Below, piece by piece: positions 47,610 to 64,000 of a stretch of 64,000 bases of DNA. This stretch comes from the human T2T-CHM13v2.0 reference genome, Homo sapiens, in NCBI RefSeq assembly GCF_009914755.1, contig NC_060928.1, one strand, 5' to 3'. Every line of letters begins with the position of its first letter. Within the stretch, counting starts at the first letter, position 1. A model generated the notes under the pieces. That model saw nothing but the letters and a program-made list of their open reading frames with translations. It had not been told where the DNA came from and did no database searches. The position numbers were made by a program, and so were the translations under genes.

Positions 47610-50600
47610 GTAAGTGTTACATTTTATAAGGAGATGTGGAATCAATATGCTGGAGATCTTTATGTTCAATATCCTGCTTCATATATTCTTGGCATGTACT
47701 AAGTGTTAAGATGACATTATATTGTTCGTAAGTGGCATAGTTTAATCTACTGGGATGATGTACTGGTTTTTTTATTCTGTTTTTATGAGTTTCAAGTGAA
47801 ATTTTGTCTATTAAATTTAAAAGCACCTTTCCCAAGGGCCATTTAACAGGTTAAACACAATCTACCAGTCAATCCTGAAAATTTAAATGCCACTTTTCCA
47901 AATATATGATGCTTCTACCATCACTTTCTCCCCACCACAATTTCCTCTATAAATTTAGGGGATTTCTTCCCTCATCTTCAAATTTTACCATCAGCAAGCC
48001 CACTTTATCCTCTAGAAGGATGGAAATCCTATAATCTTAGAGTTGAAAGTGGAGAAAGAGTAAATACTACAATCTCACCACTTGACCCCTGACAAGTGAT
48101 TTTCACAGTCTGTTTTTGAACTCTGCTGTTGATGGAGAACCCTTCCCCCTTGAACTTTCTACCTCCACAATGCTCAAGTACTGGCTCCTGAGGCTTCAAA
48201 TGCCCAATTACCTTTAACTGTTACCCAGATTTCCCATTGAGTAAAGTCCTATTGACTCTCTGCCCTCATACACTCATTATGGCATGGGTGGAAATGTATT
48301 ATAACCATAATCCTACAAACTGCAATTGTTGGGTTACTCTGAATTCCCTCTAGACGGAAAGCTCCTTAAAAATTAGGTCCATGGTTTTCATCCTTTATCA
48401 TAGGCTGATAGATGATAGGCACTCAATAAGTCTTTGTAGTGTTATTGTTGAATGAATTAGAACTTTAAGTTCATTTATTCTTAATCTTAATAAATGCCAT
48501 AGTCTTCATTTGGCCTATTGTTCCAACCTTTAAAATCTTCTAATATCGTTATTTTTTAATATCACTATAGTATGATTCAGATTTAATGAGCACAACATTG
48601 AGGACTTCATCCAAGTCAATAATAAAATTGATGAGGCAGGCAGGGCCAAGTATGTACCTCTAGATCATTGATGGTTACCATTACTACTGCTAGTAGTACT
48701 GTTACTTGCTACCAACAATATTCAGTAAACTCTTATGAGGTGCCAGAAACCAAGCTAAGCTCCTTTCATGTATATTTTTACATAATCACCATAAAACCTC
48801 TTGAATTAGATTCTATTATTCCATTTTACACATGAAGAAAGTGAGACTTAAAGAGATTGACTTGCCCAAGGTGACATAGCTATTAAGTGGTAGAGCTAGA
48901 CTTTACCCAGAAATCTATTAATTTGCCTTCTTTGGATTGGTTGTTGAAAGCCTCTACAAATTCATATATTCATTTATTCCTTCATTCATTTATTGAGAAT
49001 TTATTGTATACCAGGCCCCACTAGGCTCTGAGGATACAGTAGAGAATTAGCCAAAAGCACTTATCTCTGCCTTAATTATTCATCTAATCTGAATATCTAA
49101 AATTTGTCATTTACTAAAATCAACATATACTATCTGCTATTACCTGGATTTTTCAACTTAAAAACCTTTTTAAAAAAGTTGGTGTGTTTGACATGACTTC
49201 TTGGCAAAAGAATGCTGGATTTCATTGCTGTGTTTCCTAAATATTCATGTAACACCTTTTTGACAATATGTTCTACCTAAATGTTTGATGCTTAGGAAAT
49301 GGTTAAATATATTATTACATATTTATATGATAGAATATTATACAGCCATTATAAAATATGCTTCCAAAAGAATATCTCAGAACACAATTGTTCAGCCACT
49401 TAACAAGTTTTCTAAAAATCAGCTAAATATAAAACTTTTCTAAAATATTACATCAATTTTGCATATTTAGTTTGTCATGTTATTGAAATATGAATCTTAA
49501 TGTTTTTACAAAAAATATGTCAGTATATGTATATATGTATATACATGTATAAGTAAAACAAACCAGTACTTTAATAAGTTACCTCTGTGATAAGATTACA
49601 AATTTTTTAATTATTATTTTCTATTTTATATTTTTCTGTACTTGTCAAATTTCTATAATACTGCATTTAATTTGATCAGAAGTGCAGGTCAAGTTCACTA
49701 ATCTGTAGTTTCAGGAACTAGCCCCACAAATTAACTATTCCCACCAATCTTTGACCCATTTTTCTTGTCTTTTTTCTCCAGCTCTCAAATATTACCGATG
49801 TTATCATTGATTTTTACAAGTTTGCTCAATGCCTAGGATTATATTCACCAGGACTGTCAATTTAGATTCATTTCAAATCAACTAACTGTGCTCTATTTTT
49901 TCCTCACTTTTGATGGCCTTTAATTCCATCCCAACATTGTTGATTCTTCCCTTTTCCCTTTCCAATTTGAAGATTATTATCTTTCATAGTGAACAAGATA
50001 CAAAATATAGGTTGAGTATTTCTGGTTTTCTCATCACTTTAAGACCTAAAATACTCAATTGCCAGAAGAAAAACCATAATATCTAAAGAGTAGTTCTTGC
50101 AAGGTTTATTTTCTATAGATGAAGTAAAAATACCCTGACTGTTCTGGGAATTTCTACTTCTCTTTTTTAAAATCAAATCCTTGGGGGTCAGCATTTATTA
50201 CATTTTTTACATTTACATGATTGCATTTAATTTACATAAATGTAATAATTTACATTATTACATGTTTTACATTTACATATCAATACCAATGATACAGTTT
50301 TATAGAGAGCAATTTTGAGCCAAAAAGTTGTCAACTTTAAAATGTAATGGAATTGAAATTGAAGTCAATTTATAAAGCAGAAATCAAAATGACTGGGGAT
50401 TTGGAGACTGGTGCAACAGGAGACAGGATGATGTAGCAAAAATTGAGCTTGTGCTGATTGAGATCTTGGGTTTTGTCCTGGCTCTGCCAATAACTAAATG
50501 TGTGACCTGGACTTCATATCTCTGGAAACTACTGTGTTATCCCAGCTAAAAACATATCAATAAATGATTCCTGAGATCCCTTTTAGTTCTAGCATTCTAT

Positions 50601-50954
50601 CAAAAAAGAGAGAGAAAGAGACAGGCAGATTTGTATCCTATGTGCATGCATACTCAGGCTCCAATTATTACGCTAAAGGAAAATATTGCTCTGTTGCAAT
50701 TATCTCAAAGGCATGAGGGGTATTTTCTACCTGATGAGGAGCAAATGTTTGCAAGAGAAAACTCCCTAAGGAGCATGATTGGTATCTGGTGATGCAATGG
50801 ATGTGCTTTCCCTTTATGGAGATTCTTGGCAGAACTGTCTTTCAAGCTGTAGTTATGAGCGCCAGAAAAAAAAAAAATTGTGAATGTGACTATAAAAGTG
50901 CTGCGCTTAAAAACCACACCACCTTTATACATTTTTTAAGTATGATTATGGTTT

Positions 50955-51992
50955 TTTTAATTTTTATTTTATTTATATCTTTTTATTTCAATAGGTTTTT
51001 GAGAAGCAGGTGGTGTCTGGTTACATGAGTAAGTTATTTAGTGGTGATTTCTGAGATTTTGATGCACCCATCACCCAAGCAGTGTAACTGTACCCAATGT
51101 GTAGTCTTTTATCCCTCACTGCTCATCCTACCCTTTCCTTGAGTCCCCAAAGTCCATTGTGTCATTCTTATGCTTTTGCATACGCATAACTTAACTCCCA
51201 CTTATGAGTGAGAATATATGATGTTTGGTTTTCCATTCCTGAGTTACTTCTCTTAGAATAATGGTCTCCAATTCCATCCAGGTTGCTGTAAATGACATTA
51301 TTTCATTCCTTTTTATGGCTGAGTAGTATTCCATGATATATATATTATATAAATCATAATATATGTTATATATATTATTATTTCTTTATCCACTTGTTGG
51401 TTGATGGGCATTTGGGCTGGTTCCATATTTTTGCAATTGCAAATTGTGCTACTATAAACATGCATGTGTAAGTATCTTTTTAATATAACGACTTCTTTCC
51501 ATCTGGGTAGAAACCCAGGAGTTGGATTGCTGGATCAAATGGTAGTTCTACTTTTAGTTCTTTAAGGAATCTCCCCCTTCTTTTCCATAGTGGTTGTGCT
51601 AGTTTACATTCCCACCAGCAGTGTAAAAGTGTTCCCTTTTCACCACATCCATGCCAACATCTACTATTTTTTGATTTTTTGATTATGATCATTCTTGCAG
51701 GAGTAAGGTGGTATTGCATAGTGGTTTTTATTTGCATTTCTCTGATCATTAGTGATATTGAGCATTTTTTCATGTTTGTTGGCCATTTGTATATCTTCTT
51801 TTAAGAATTGCCTATTCATGTCCTTAGCCCACTTCTTGATCAAATTGTTTGTTTTTTTCTTGATGACTTGTTTGAGTTCCTTGTAGATTCTGGATATTAG
51901 TCCTTTCTTGGATGTATACATTGCAAAGATTTTCTCCCACTCTGTGGGTTGTCTGTTTACTCTGCTGATTATTTCTTTTGCTGTGCAGAAGT
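50955..51992 (-). mobile_element. 5'-truncated L1PB in EXOC1L intron 2 (antisense)
   Basis: ORF2 C-terminal fragments in the ORF track; TSD aag(t/c)atgattatg. Confidence 0.9.
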
Positions 51993-53229
51993 AAAAGCAT
52001 GATTATGTTTTGTTTTTAACTTTTTAAATGGTAATATCACAATCTTTAGGAACTATCATTTATTAAGCTCCACGCTCGTTTACATGATTATTCGCATGTA
52101 AATTTCACAGCAGCACTATCTAAAATAAGGAGAAAAATGAGAGTCAGATCAGATAAGCATTTTGCCCATGGAACAATCAAAATGTTGTCTAACTTTAAAA
52201 TTCATCCTCTATTTCCTGCCTCCTGCAAGAATTTTCCTATTTAAAAAACAAATTGCAAATATGTAAGTTGCCTGTATGTGATGTTACATACTACATGCTG
52301 GTGAATTATTAATACTCCTGTTTGGTTGAGTCCTCTGCCTATTTGTTATTTAGGGCAATGTTTGCCTCCACTTCTCCTTTCTTAGGACTACTTCAGGTCA
52401 GTTCAACACACATTTGTTGAGAAATTAGTAGTCATCACGCATAAGTACTAAGAACATGATGATAAATAATGCGAAATATCTGTCTTAAAGAAGAGTTAGG
52501 AGTTAGGCAGATAATGAATGTGAAAGCATTTTGTAAACTTTTTAAATGCAAGGCATCATTGTTACTGCTATTAACAGTAACAATTATTATTTTAACATGT
52601 AGGACCTAGATCAGGTTTGGTTTCCACTTTTTCTTGAAACATTTCTGCTACAGATATAGTAAGAGCCTAGAGGCAGTCTTTAGTAAATTTGTCAGTTTCA
52701 GTCAAATGATTTGATCGTCCTTGCTATTACCTTCAAAAGTAATTCCTTGCTGTAAACTTCAAAGACAGCAAATTGGTGATCTGTAGCATGCCAATGGCTA
52801 GCTATCATGTATTTCTTCCTTCTACCTTGAAATAGCACAAGGAACCAACCTCGTACTAAAAAGGGAGAGAAACCTTTTCTGTTTTCCAGAAGTCTGTGAG
52901 TTTATTCTCTGCTTTATTTATTTATTCCCTACTCATCCTCTCCAATTCATTACATTGAGAAGACTTAATAACCACACAGTCTGAGGCACATTTTATTTGT
53001 CTAATTGAAAAAACATAGATGCTTCAAAAATAACCTTTCTTATTGTTGATTTTTAGAAGCAATTACTTTGAAGTAGGTAGCTTTGGAAAGCCCATTTGTA
53101 GATTTTAGAAATATGTTTGATACTGATACTTTACAATCAATAAACATATCCAAGAGAATATGAGAGAATCCAGGAAACCTAACTACTTTCTTGGCTACCA
53201 ACTAAATCATGTCTCTCATTCTCTTCCAG

Positions 53230-53496
53230 GACAATCCATTTTTTGATCTGCACTTCAAGAAAGTGTACAGTTTGGAAGCATATAGCTGTGCTTCTAAATA
53301 TGCCTTTGCTCGAACTGTAAATAAGCTGAATCATGCATATCTTAAAAAGGACTTACAGATCGTGAACTTTGATTCTACATACATTAACGATGATTCCATT
53401 TGGTCCTCCAACAATAAGGATTGTTTGGTCCTTATGAGAATATGCTTTTACGCTTTCAATCTTGTGTGCTTGTCCCTATGTCCCTTGCCACTCTGA
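53230..53496 (+). CDS. EXOC1L: EXOC1L coding exon 3 ([13 protein letters not shown]...[11 protein letters not shown])
   Basis: Acceptor ctcattctcttccag, phase 0. 88 codons then TGA. FDLHF-K-Y motif as in EXOC1. Spliced total is 172 aa. Confidence 0.95.
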
Positions 53497-53602
53497 AGCT
53501 GTGTACCACATTCCTTCATCAGTGACCTATGAAAATGGTTTCCCAAGTAAATATTGATTGTCATAATTTTGTTTTTCCTTCATCAGTGATTATTATAATT
53601 TA

Positions 53603-53614
53603 AATAAAAATAAA
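53603..53614 (+). terminator. Tandem AATAAA polyadenylation signals of EXOC1L
   Basis: AATAAAAATAAA about 110 nt after the stop, followed by T/GT-rich sequence. Confidence 0.7.
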
Positions 53615-53739
53615 GTAATGCTTTGTGAATTGCAGTGAAATGCATTTTAATGTAATCATTCAACATTGAAGACTTCTTGCCAATGTGATCCTTGGTAACT
53701 TTGGTAGGAACTGGGTGGTTTTGACTAAATTAGTATTCT

Positions 53740-56004
53740 CCTAAAGAGTGTGAAGAAAAACCATAAAAGATCTAAGTATGTGGAAAAACACCTTGTGTTC
53801 ATGGATAAGAAGACTTAATATCTTCAAGATGTCAATACTACCAAAAGTGATCAGCAGATTCAATGCAATTACTATGAAATTTCCAACAGCCTTTGTTGCA
53901 GAAATGGAAAAGTTGATCCTCAAAATTCATATGGAATTTCAAGGGGTCCCAAGTAGATAAAGAAAAAGAAGTACAAAGTTGGAGAACTCACACTTCTTGA
54001 TTTCAAAACTTATTATTAAAGCTATAGTAATCAAAACAGTGTGGTACCTATATAAGGAAAAACCTATAAACCAATGGAATAGAATTGAGAGTTCAGAAAT
54101 AAACTCACACATTTATGGTCAACTGATTTTTGACAAGGGTGCCAAGTCCATTCAAAAAGGAAAGAATAATCTCTTCAACAAATTGTCCTGGGATGACTGT
54201 ATATCTACATATAAAAGAATTAAGCTGGACCCCTACCTCACACCATATACAAAAATTAACTAAAAACATAAAACAAGAACAAAACATAGAGGTAAATGGG
54301 CAATGGGTTTTTGTGACATCAAAAGCACGAGCAAAAAAAAGAGATAAATTGGACTTTATTAAAATTAAAATCTTTTTGCATCAAAGGACATTATCAAAAA
54401 GTAAAAAATAAACCTACAAAATGGGAGAGAATATTTACAAATCATATATTTTATAAAGCTTTAATATCCAAACTATATAAATATATTCTACAGCTCAATA
54501 ACAAAAAGACAATAACAAAAAGACAAGCAAAGCAATTTAAAAATGGGCAAGAGCTTGAATAGACATTTCTGCAAAGAAGATAGACAAATGGCCAATAATC
54601 ACAGGAAAAGATGTTTAATATCATTAGTCAAGAGAAAAACGCAAATCAAAACCACAAAGAGATACCATAGCACTGACAATACCACTTAGATGCCACTAAG
54701 AATGACTATCATTTTAAAAATGGCAGGGGTGGGAGGGAATAAGTATTGGCAAGAGTGTGGAGAATTGGAACCATCATACATTGCTGGTGGGAATGTAAAA
54801 TGGTGCAGCCACTATGGAAAAGAGTTTGGCAGTGTCTCCAAAAGCTAAATAGAGAATTAACATATGACCCAGCAGTTCTACTCCTAGGTATACATACACA
54901 CACACACAAAATGGAAACAGGGACTTGAATAGATATCTGTACATCAGTGTACACTGTGGCATTATTTACAACAGCCAAAAGGTGGAAACGACTCAAGTGT
55001 CCATCAAAAATGAATGAATAGACAAAAAAAGTGGTACAGCCAAACAATGGAATATTATTCTACCTTAAAAAGAAATGAAGTTCTGATATGTGCTACAGTA
55101 TGAATGAACCTTGAAAACATTATTCTAGGTAAAATAAGCCAGACACAACAGTATATATATTGTATAACTCTCCTTATATGAAATATCTAGAATAGGCAAA
55201 TTCAGAGACAGAAGTAGATTAAAGATTTACAGGAACTGGGAGGACAGAAGAATGGAGAGTTATTGCTTATCTGTTACAGAGTTATTCCTTATCAGTTTCT
55301 GTTTGGGGTGATGAAACAGTTTTGAAAATGGTGATGGTTATACAATCTTGTGAATGTAATTAATCCCACTCACTGAATTGGACATTTAAAGTGGTAAATT
55401 AGCAAATTTAATGTTATATATAACCACAAGTTTAAAAAAAAATAATGTAATAAGCCAAAAACCATTGAACTGTACACCTTACATGGTAAATTTGTATGAT
55501 ATGTGAATTATATCAGTATCTACATAATTATATAACCTAGATCTATAATCTATAATTATATCTAAGGCTATTAAAAGGAGAAAAAGTGGTCTTTAAAAAG
55601 AAGAAAATCTTGTCATTTGTGACAACATGAATAACCCTGGAAGACATTATATGAAGTGAAATAAGCCAGGTCCAGAAAGATAAATACAATATGATCTCAT
55701 TTACATGTGGAATCCAAAAAAGTAGATTTCATAGGTGAGTAGGGTAGTGGTTACCAGCGGCTAGGGGGTTGGGAGGGTTAGAGGGATTATGGAGATACTG
55801 TTCAAAGGATATAAAATGTCAGTTAGACAGGTGAAACAAGTTCAAGAGATCTATTGTATTATATATTATGGTAACTACTGTTAATAATTACATATTGTTT
55901 ACTTGAAAATTGCTTAAGAGAATAGATTTAGCTTGATTTACCCATTGTACAATGTATACATATTTAAAAATATCATGTTGTACCCCATAAATATATACAA
56001 TTTT
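53740..56004 (+). mobile_element. Old L1M fragments (ORF2 3' part and 3' UTRs)
   Basis: ORF fragments such as [17 protein letters not shown] and KTVWY...QWNRIE...IYGQLIFDKGAK. Confidence 0.85.
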
Positions 56005-56270
56005 GGCCAGTGCTTTGGGAAGCCGTGGTGGGAAGATTGCTTGAGACCCAGGAAATTCAAGACCAGCCCGGGCAATGTGGCAAGACCTTGACTCTAGAAA
56101 AAAATTAAAAATTAGCCAGGCACAGTGACATGCTCCTGTAATCCCCATTACTCAGGAGGCTGAGGCAGGAGCCCAGGAAGTGGAGGGTGCAGTGAGCTAT
56201 GATGGCACCACTGCACTCCAGCCTGGGCAACAGAGTGAGACTCTGTCTCTTAAATAAATAAATAAATAAA
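56005..56270 (+). mobile_element. AluJ (5' deleted)
   Basis: Alu body with (AAAT)n tail. Confidence 0.85.
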
Positions 56271-56666
56271 CATGGGAGTAATTGCTGCAGACGTGACCAA
56301 CAAATTAATGTTTAAATTAGTGGGTAAAAGTTTAGGTAGAGATGGAAAGTTTTAATAGCCTCAAAGTGTCTCCCCTAACATATTTGTTGACTAAAAATAA
56401 AAAAAAATGTAAGTTTGCAATAGTAGACATCTGCTAGACATCATCTTAACCAGGGGTCAAGGATAACATTCCAGTATGGGGACATAACAATATTACATGC
56501 CACCAGATATGAGGCACTAAGAAAGGCACATCACCTCTGATATTCCTCCCAAATCCATAACCCTAGTCTAGCCATGAGACAATATCAGGCATACCCAAAT
56601 TTAGGGACATTCTACAAGCTACCACTCTTCGAAAGTGTCAAGGTCAGGAAAGACAAGGAAGAACTG

Positions 56667-57085
56667 AGTGTATTTGTTTGCTAGGGCTGCCATAACCAAC
56701 TATCACAAACCAAGTGACTTAAATGACAGAAATTTCTTGTCTCACAGCTCTGGAGTTCAGAAGCCCAAAATTAAGGGGCTGCAGGGCTTGTTCCTTGTGA
56801 GAACTGTGAGGGAAGGATCTGTTCCTGGCCTCTCTCTTGAGCTTGTAGATGGCCATCATCTCTTTCTCTTCACATCATCTTCCTTTATGTTTTTGTACAA
56901 ATTTCCCTTTTTATGAGGATACCAGTCATATTGGATTAGTATTAGATTACCACTCTATTGACCTCATTTTAACTTGATTACCTGTATAAAGACCCTATCT
57001 CCAATTAAGGTCACATTCTGAGGCATTGGAGGGTAAGATTTCAACGTGTGAATTGGAGGTGATGAAACACAATTCAGTCCATAAC
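56667..57085 (-). mobile_element. MLT1 MaLR LTR nested in L1MC-like sequence
   Basis: tgtatt.gtttgctagggctgccataac ... acacaattcagtccataac. Confidence 0.8.
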
Positions 57086-58917
57086 CCTGATGCACAGATT
57101 GGAAGGAAGTTTAAGGAGACATGAAAACGATGTACAATGTAGATTGCTAGATTGGATCCTGAAGCAGAAAAAAAAAATATGGGTGAAGAAGCTGGTGAAA
57201 TCTGATAAGGTCTATAATTTAGTTAGTGGTATTATACTGAGGTTAATTTCTTAGTTTTGATCATTGTACCATAGTTATGTGAGATGTTAGCTGTGGGGGA
57301 AGCTGGGTGACAAGTGTGTGTGTAGGAGTTCTCTGTACTATCTTTGCAGTTGTTCTGTAAGGCCTTTATTTATTTATTTATTTTCAAAATAAAAAAGTAA
57401 AGATCTATTCAAGTTTATTTCCTATGAAGGAGCTAAAATATAAAGGCCATCATTTTATAGACAGCATCAAAATGTGGAAAAATGAGTTAGTTTAATCTTA
57501 TTCCCTGAAAACAAGTCATCTAGTATCTAGTTGTGTTGAGAATTGTCCATATTGTTGAGAATTAACAAAGAGGGCAAGAGGTAAAAACAACTTTTGATCA
57601 AAGCAGGGAGTGAAAATGATGATGTGCTAAAAAAAAAAATCTCATATATCCTATGCCAAGTCTTTCACTGCCCTCTCCAGTGAATAAAAACCTATCCATA
57701 TAGTTCATGTGTTTGCTTCTTAGGGGAAAAGTTCAGACTGTGATTAACAAAAGTGACCACTTCCTATATTAGAGTGATGTCTTTATAAAGAGAATAAAGA
57801 TAGTATCTCATTCACCTTTGGATTATATACAGGAGGCACTCAAGATATACGTATTTAATTTTTGACATATAATTTTTATAAAGGGGAAGCAGCCAAGATG
57901 GCCACATAGGAACAGCTCCGGTCTACAGCTCCCTGCGTGAGCGATGCAGAAGACGGGTGATTTCTGCATTTCCATCTGTGGTACCGGGTTCATCTTACTA
58001 GGGAGTGCCAGACAGTGGGCACAGGACAGTGGGTGCAGTGCACCGTGCCTGAGCCAAAGCAGGGCGAGGCATTGCCTCACTCAGGAAGTGCAAGGTGTCA
58101 GGGAGTTCCCTTTCCTAGTCAAAGAAAGGGGTGACAGACGGCACCTGGAAAATCGGGTCACTCCCGCCCTAATACTGCGCTTTTCCGACGGGCTAATAAA
58201 CGGCGAACCAGGAGATTATATCCCACACCTGGCTCGGAGGGTCCTATGCCCACGGAGTCTCACTGATTGCTAGCACAGCAGTCTGAGATCAAATTGCAAG
58301 GCGGCAGCGAGGCTGGGGGAGGGGGGCCCGCCATTGCCCAGGCTTGCTTAGGTAAACAAAGCAGCCAGGAAGCTCGAACTGGGTGGAGCCCACCACAGCT
58401 CAAGGAGGCCTGCCTGCCTCTGTAGGCTCCACCTCTGGGGGCAGGGCACAGACAAACAAAAAGACAGCAGTAACCTCTGCAGACTTAAATGTCCCTGTCT
58501 GACAGCTTGGAAGAGAGCAGTGGTTCTCCCAGCACGCAGCTGGAGATCTGAGAACGGGCAGACTGCCTCCTCAAGTGGGTTCCTGACCCCTGACCCCCGA
58601 GCAGCCTAACTGGGAGGCACCCCCGAGTAGGGGCAGACTGACACCTCACACGGCCGGGTACTCCTCTGAGACAAAACTTCCAGAGGAACGATCAGGCAGC
58701 AGCATTCGCGGTTCACAAAAATCAGCTGTTCTGCAGCCACCGCTGCTGTTACCCAGGCAAACAGGGTCTGGAGTGGACCTCTAGCAAACTCCAACAGACC
58801 TGCAGCTGAGGGTCCTGTCTGTTAGAAGGGAAACTAACAAACAGAAAGGACATCCACACCAAAAACCCATCTGTACGTCACAATCATCAAAGACCAAAAG
58901 TAGATAAAACCACAAAG

Positions 58918-59934
58918 ATGGGGAAAAAACAGAGCAGAAAAACTAGAAAGTCTAAAAAGCAGAGTGCCTCTCCTCCTCCAAAGGAACGCAGTTCCTCACC
59001 AGCAACGCAACAAAGCTGGATGGAGAATGACTTTGATGAGTTGAGAGAAGAAGGCTTCAGATGATCAAACTACTCCGAGCTACAGGAGGAAATTCAAACT
59101 AAAGGCAAAGAAGTTGAAAACTTTGAAAAAAATTTAGACAAATGTATAGCTAGAATAGCCAATACAGAGAAGTGCTTAAAGGAGCTGATGGAGCTGAAAA
59201 CCAAGGCTCGAGAACTACATGAAGAATGCAGAAGCCTCAGGAGCTGATGCGATCAACTGGAAGAAAGGGTATCAGTGATGGAAGATGAAATGAATGAAAT
59301 GAAGTGAGAAGGGAAGTTTAGAGAAAAAAGAATAAAAAGAAATGAGCAAAGCCTCCAAGAAATATGGGACTATATGAAAAGACCAAATCTACGTCTGATT
59401 GGTGTACCTGAAAGTGACGGGGAGAATGGAACCAAGTTGGAAAACACTCTGCAGGATATTATCCAGGAGAACTTCCCCAATCTAGCAAGGCAGGCCAACA
59501 TTCAAATTCAGGAAATACAGAGAATGCCACAAAGATAATCCTCGAGAAGAGCAACTCCAAGACACATAATTGTCAGATTCACCAAAGTTGAAATGAAGGA
59601 AAAAATGTTAAGGGCAGCCTGAGAGAAAGGTCAGGTTACCTACAAAGGGAAGCCCATCAGACTAACAGCGGATCTCTCAGCAGAAACTCTATAAGCCAGA
59701 AGAGAGTGGGGGCCAATATTCAACATTCTTAAAGAAAAGAATTTTCAACCCAGAATTTCATATCCAGCCAAACTAAGCTTCATAAGTGAAAAAGAAATAA
59801 AATCCTTTATAGACAAGCAAATGCTGAGAGATTTTGTCACCACCAGGCCTGCCCTACAAGAGCTCCTGAAGGAAGCACTAAACATGGAAAGGAACAACCG
59901 GTACCAGCCGCTGCAAAATCATGCCAAATTGTAA
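58918..59934 (+). pseudogene. L1 ORF1p, disrupted
   Basis: ATGGGGAAAAAACAG...TAA, canonical 338-codon span, with several in-frame stops. Confidence 0.92.
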
Positions 59935-59997
59935 AGACCATCGAGGCTAGGAAGAAACTGAATCAACTAATGAGCAAAATAACCAGCTAACATCAAA

Positions 59998-63822
<3,825 letters not shown>

Positions 63823-64000
63823 ACAATGAGAACACATGGACACAGGAAGGGGAACATCACACTCTGGGGACTGTTGTGGGGTGGGGGGAGGGGGGAGGGA
63901 GAGCATTAGGAGATATACCTAAAGTTAAATGACTAGTTAGTGGGTGCAGCACACCAGCATGGCACATGTATACATATGTAACTAACCTGCACAATGTGCA

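Noticed and set aside
50190-50282. Repeated ttacat motifs
   Set aside because: Degenerate AT-rich low-complexity tract with no regular repeat-spacer structure.
53479-53496. CaaX prenylation motif at the EXOC1L C-terminus
   Set aside because: The protein ends CPLPL, so Cys is fifth from the end rather than fourth.
58260-58334. L1 ORF0 (antisense)
   Set aside because: It starts MAGPPPPASLPPC but is truncated by TGA after 24 codons.

Overview
Repeat-rich primate (human-like) genomic DNA. (1) A complete three-exon plus-strand gene at 36172-53496 encodes a 172-aa protein that I recognise as EXOC1L: a Sec3/EXOC1 N-terminal PH-like domain plus a hydrophobic, Cys-rich tail. (2) The ORF track misses a spliced minus-strand reading frame that starts in the CpG island near 9.6-10.5 kb. 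Its exons (9891-9770, 4586-4475, 1502-1428) have GT-AG sites with matching phases, and the frame appears to continue off the left edge. It carries one in-frame TGA (probably CGA>TGA) and resembles the N-terminus of CNBD2-type cyclic-nucleotide-binding proteins. It is a candidate unitary pseudogene or unannotated gene and the most interesting item here. (3) Intron 2 of that frame holds a possible decayed SFT2-like retrocopy. (4) A U6 retrocopy abuts an L1 3' end. (5) There is a near full-length inactive L1PA (57883 to the window end), plus many Alu, L1, L2, MIR, LTR and DNA-transposon remnants. Repeat subfamilies and protein similarities are from memory, not database searches, and repeat boundaries are approximate.
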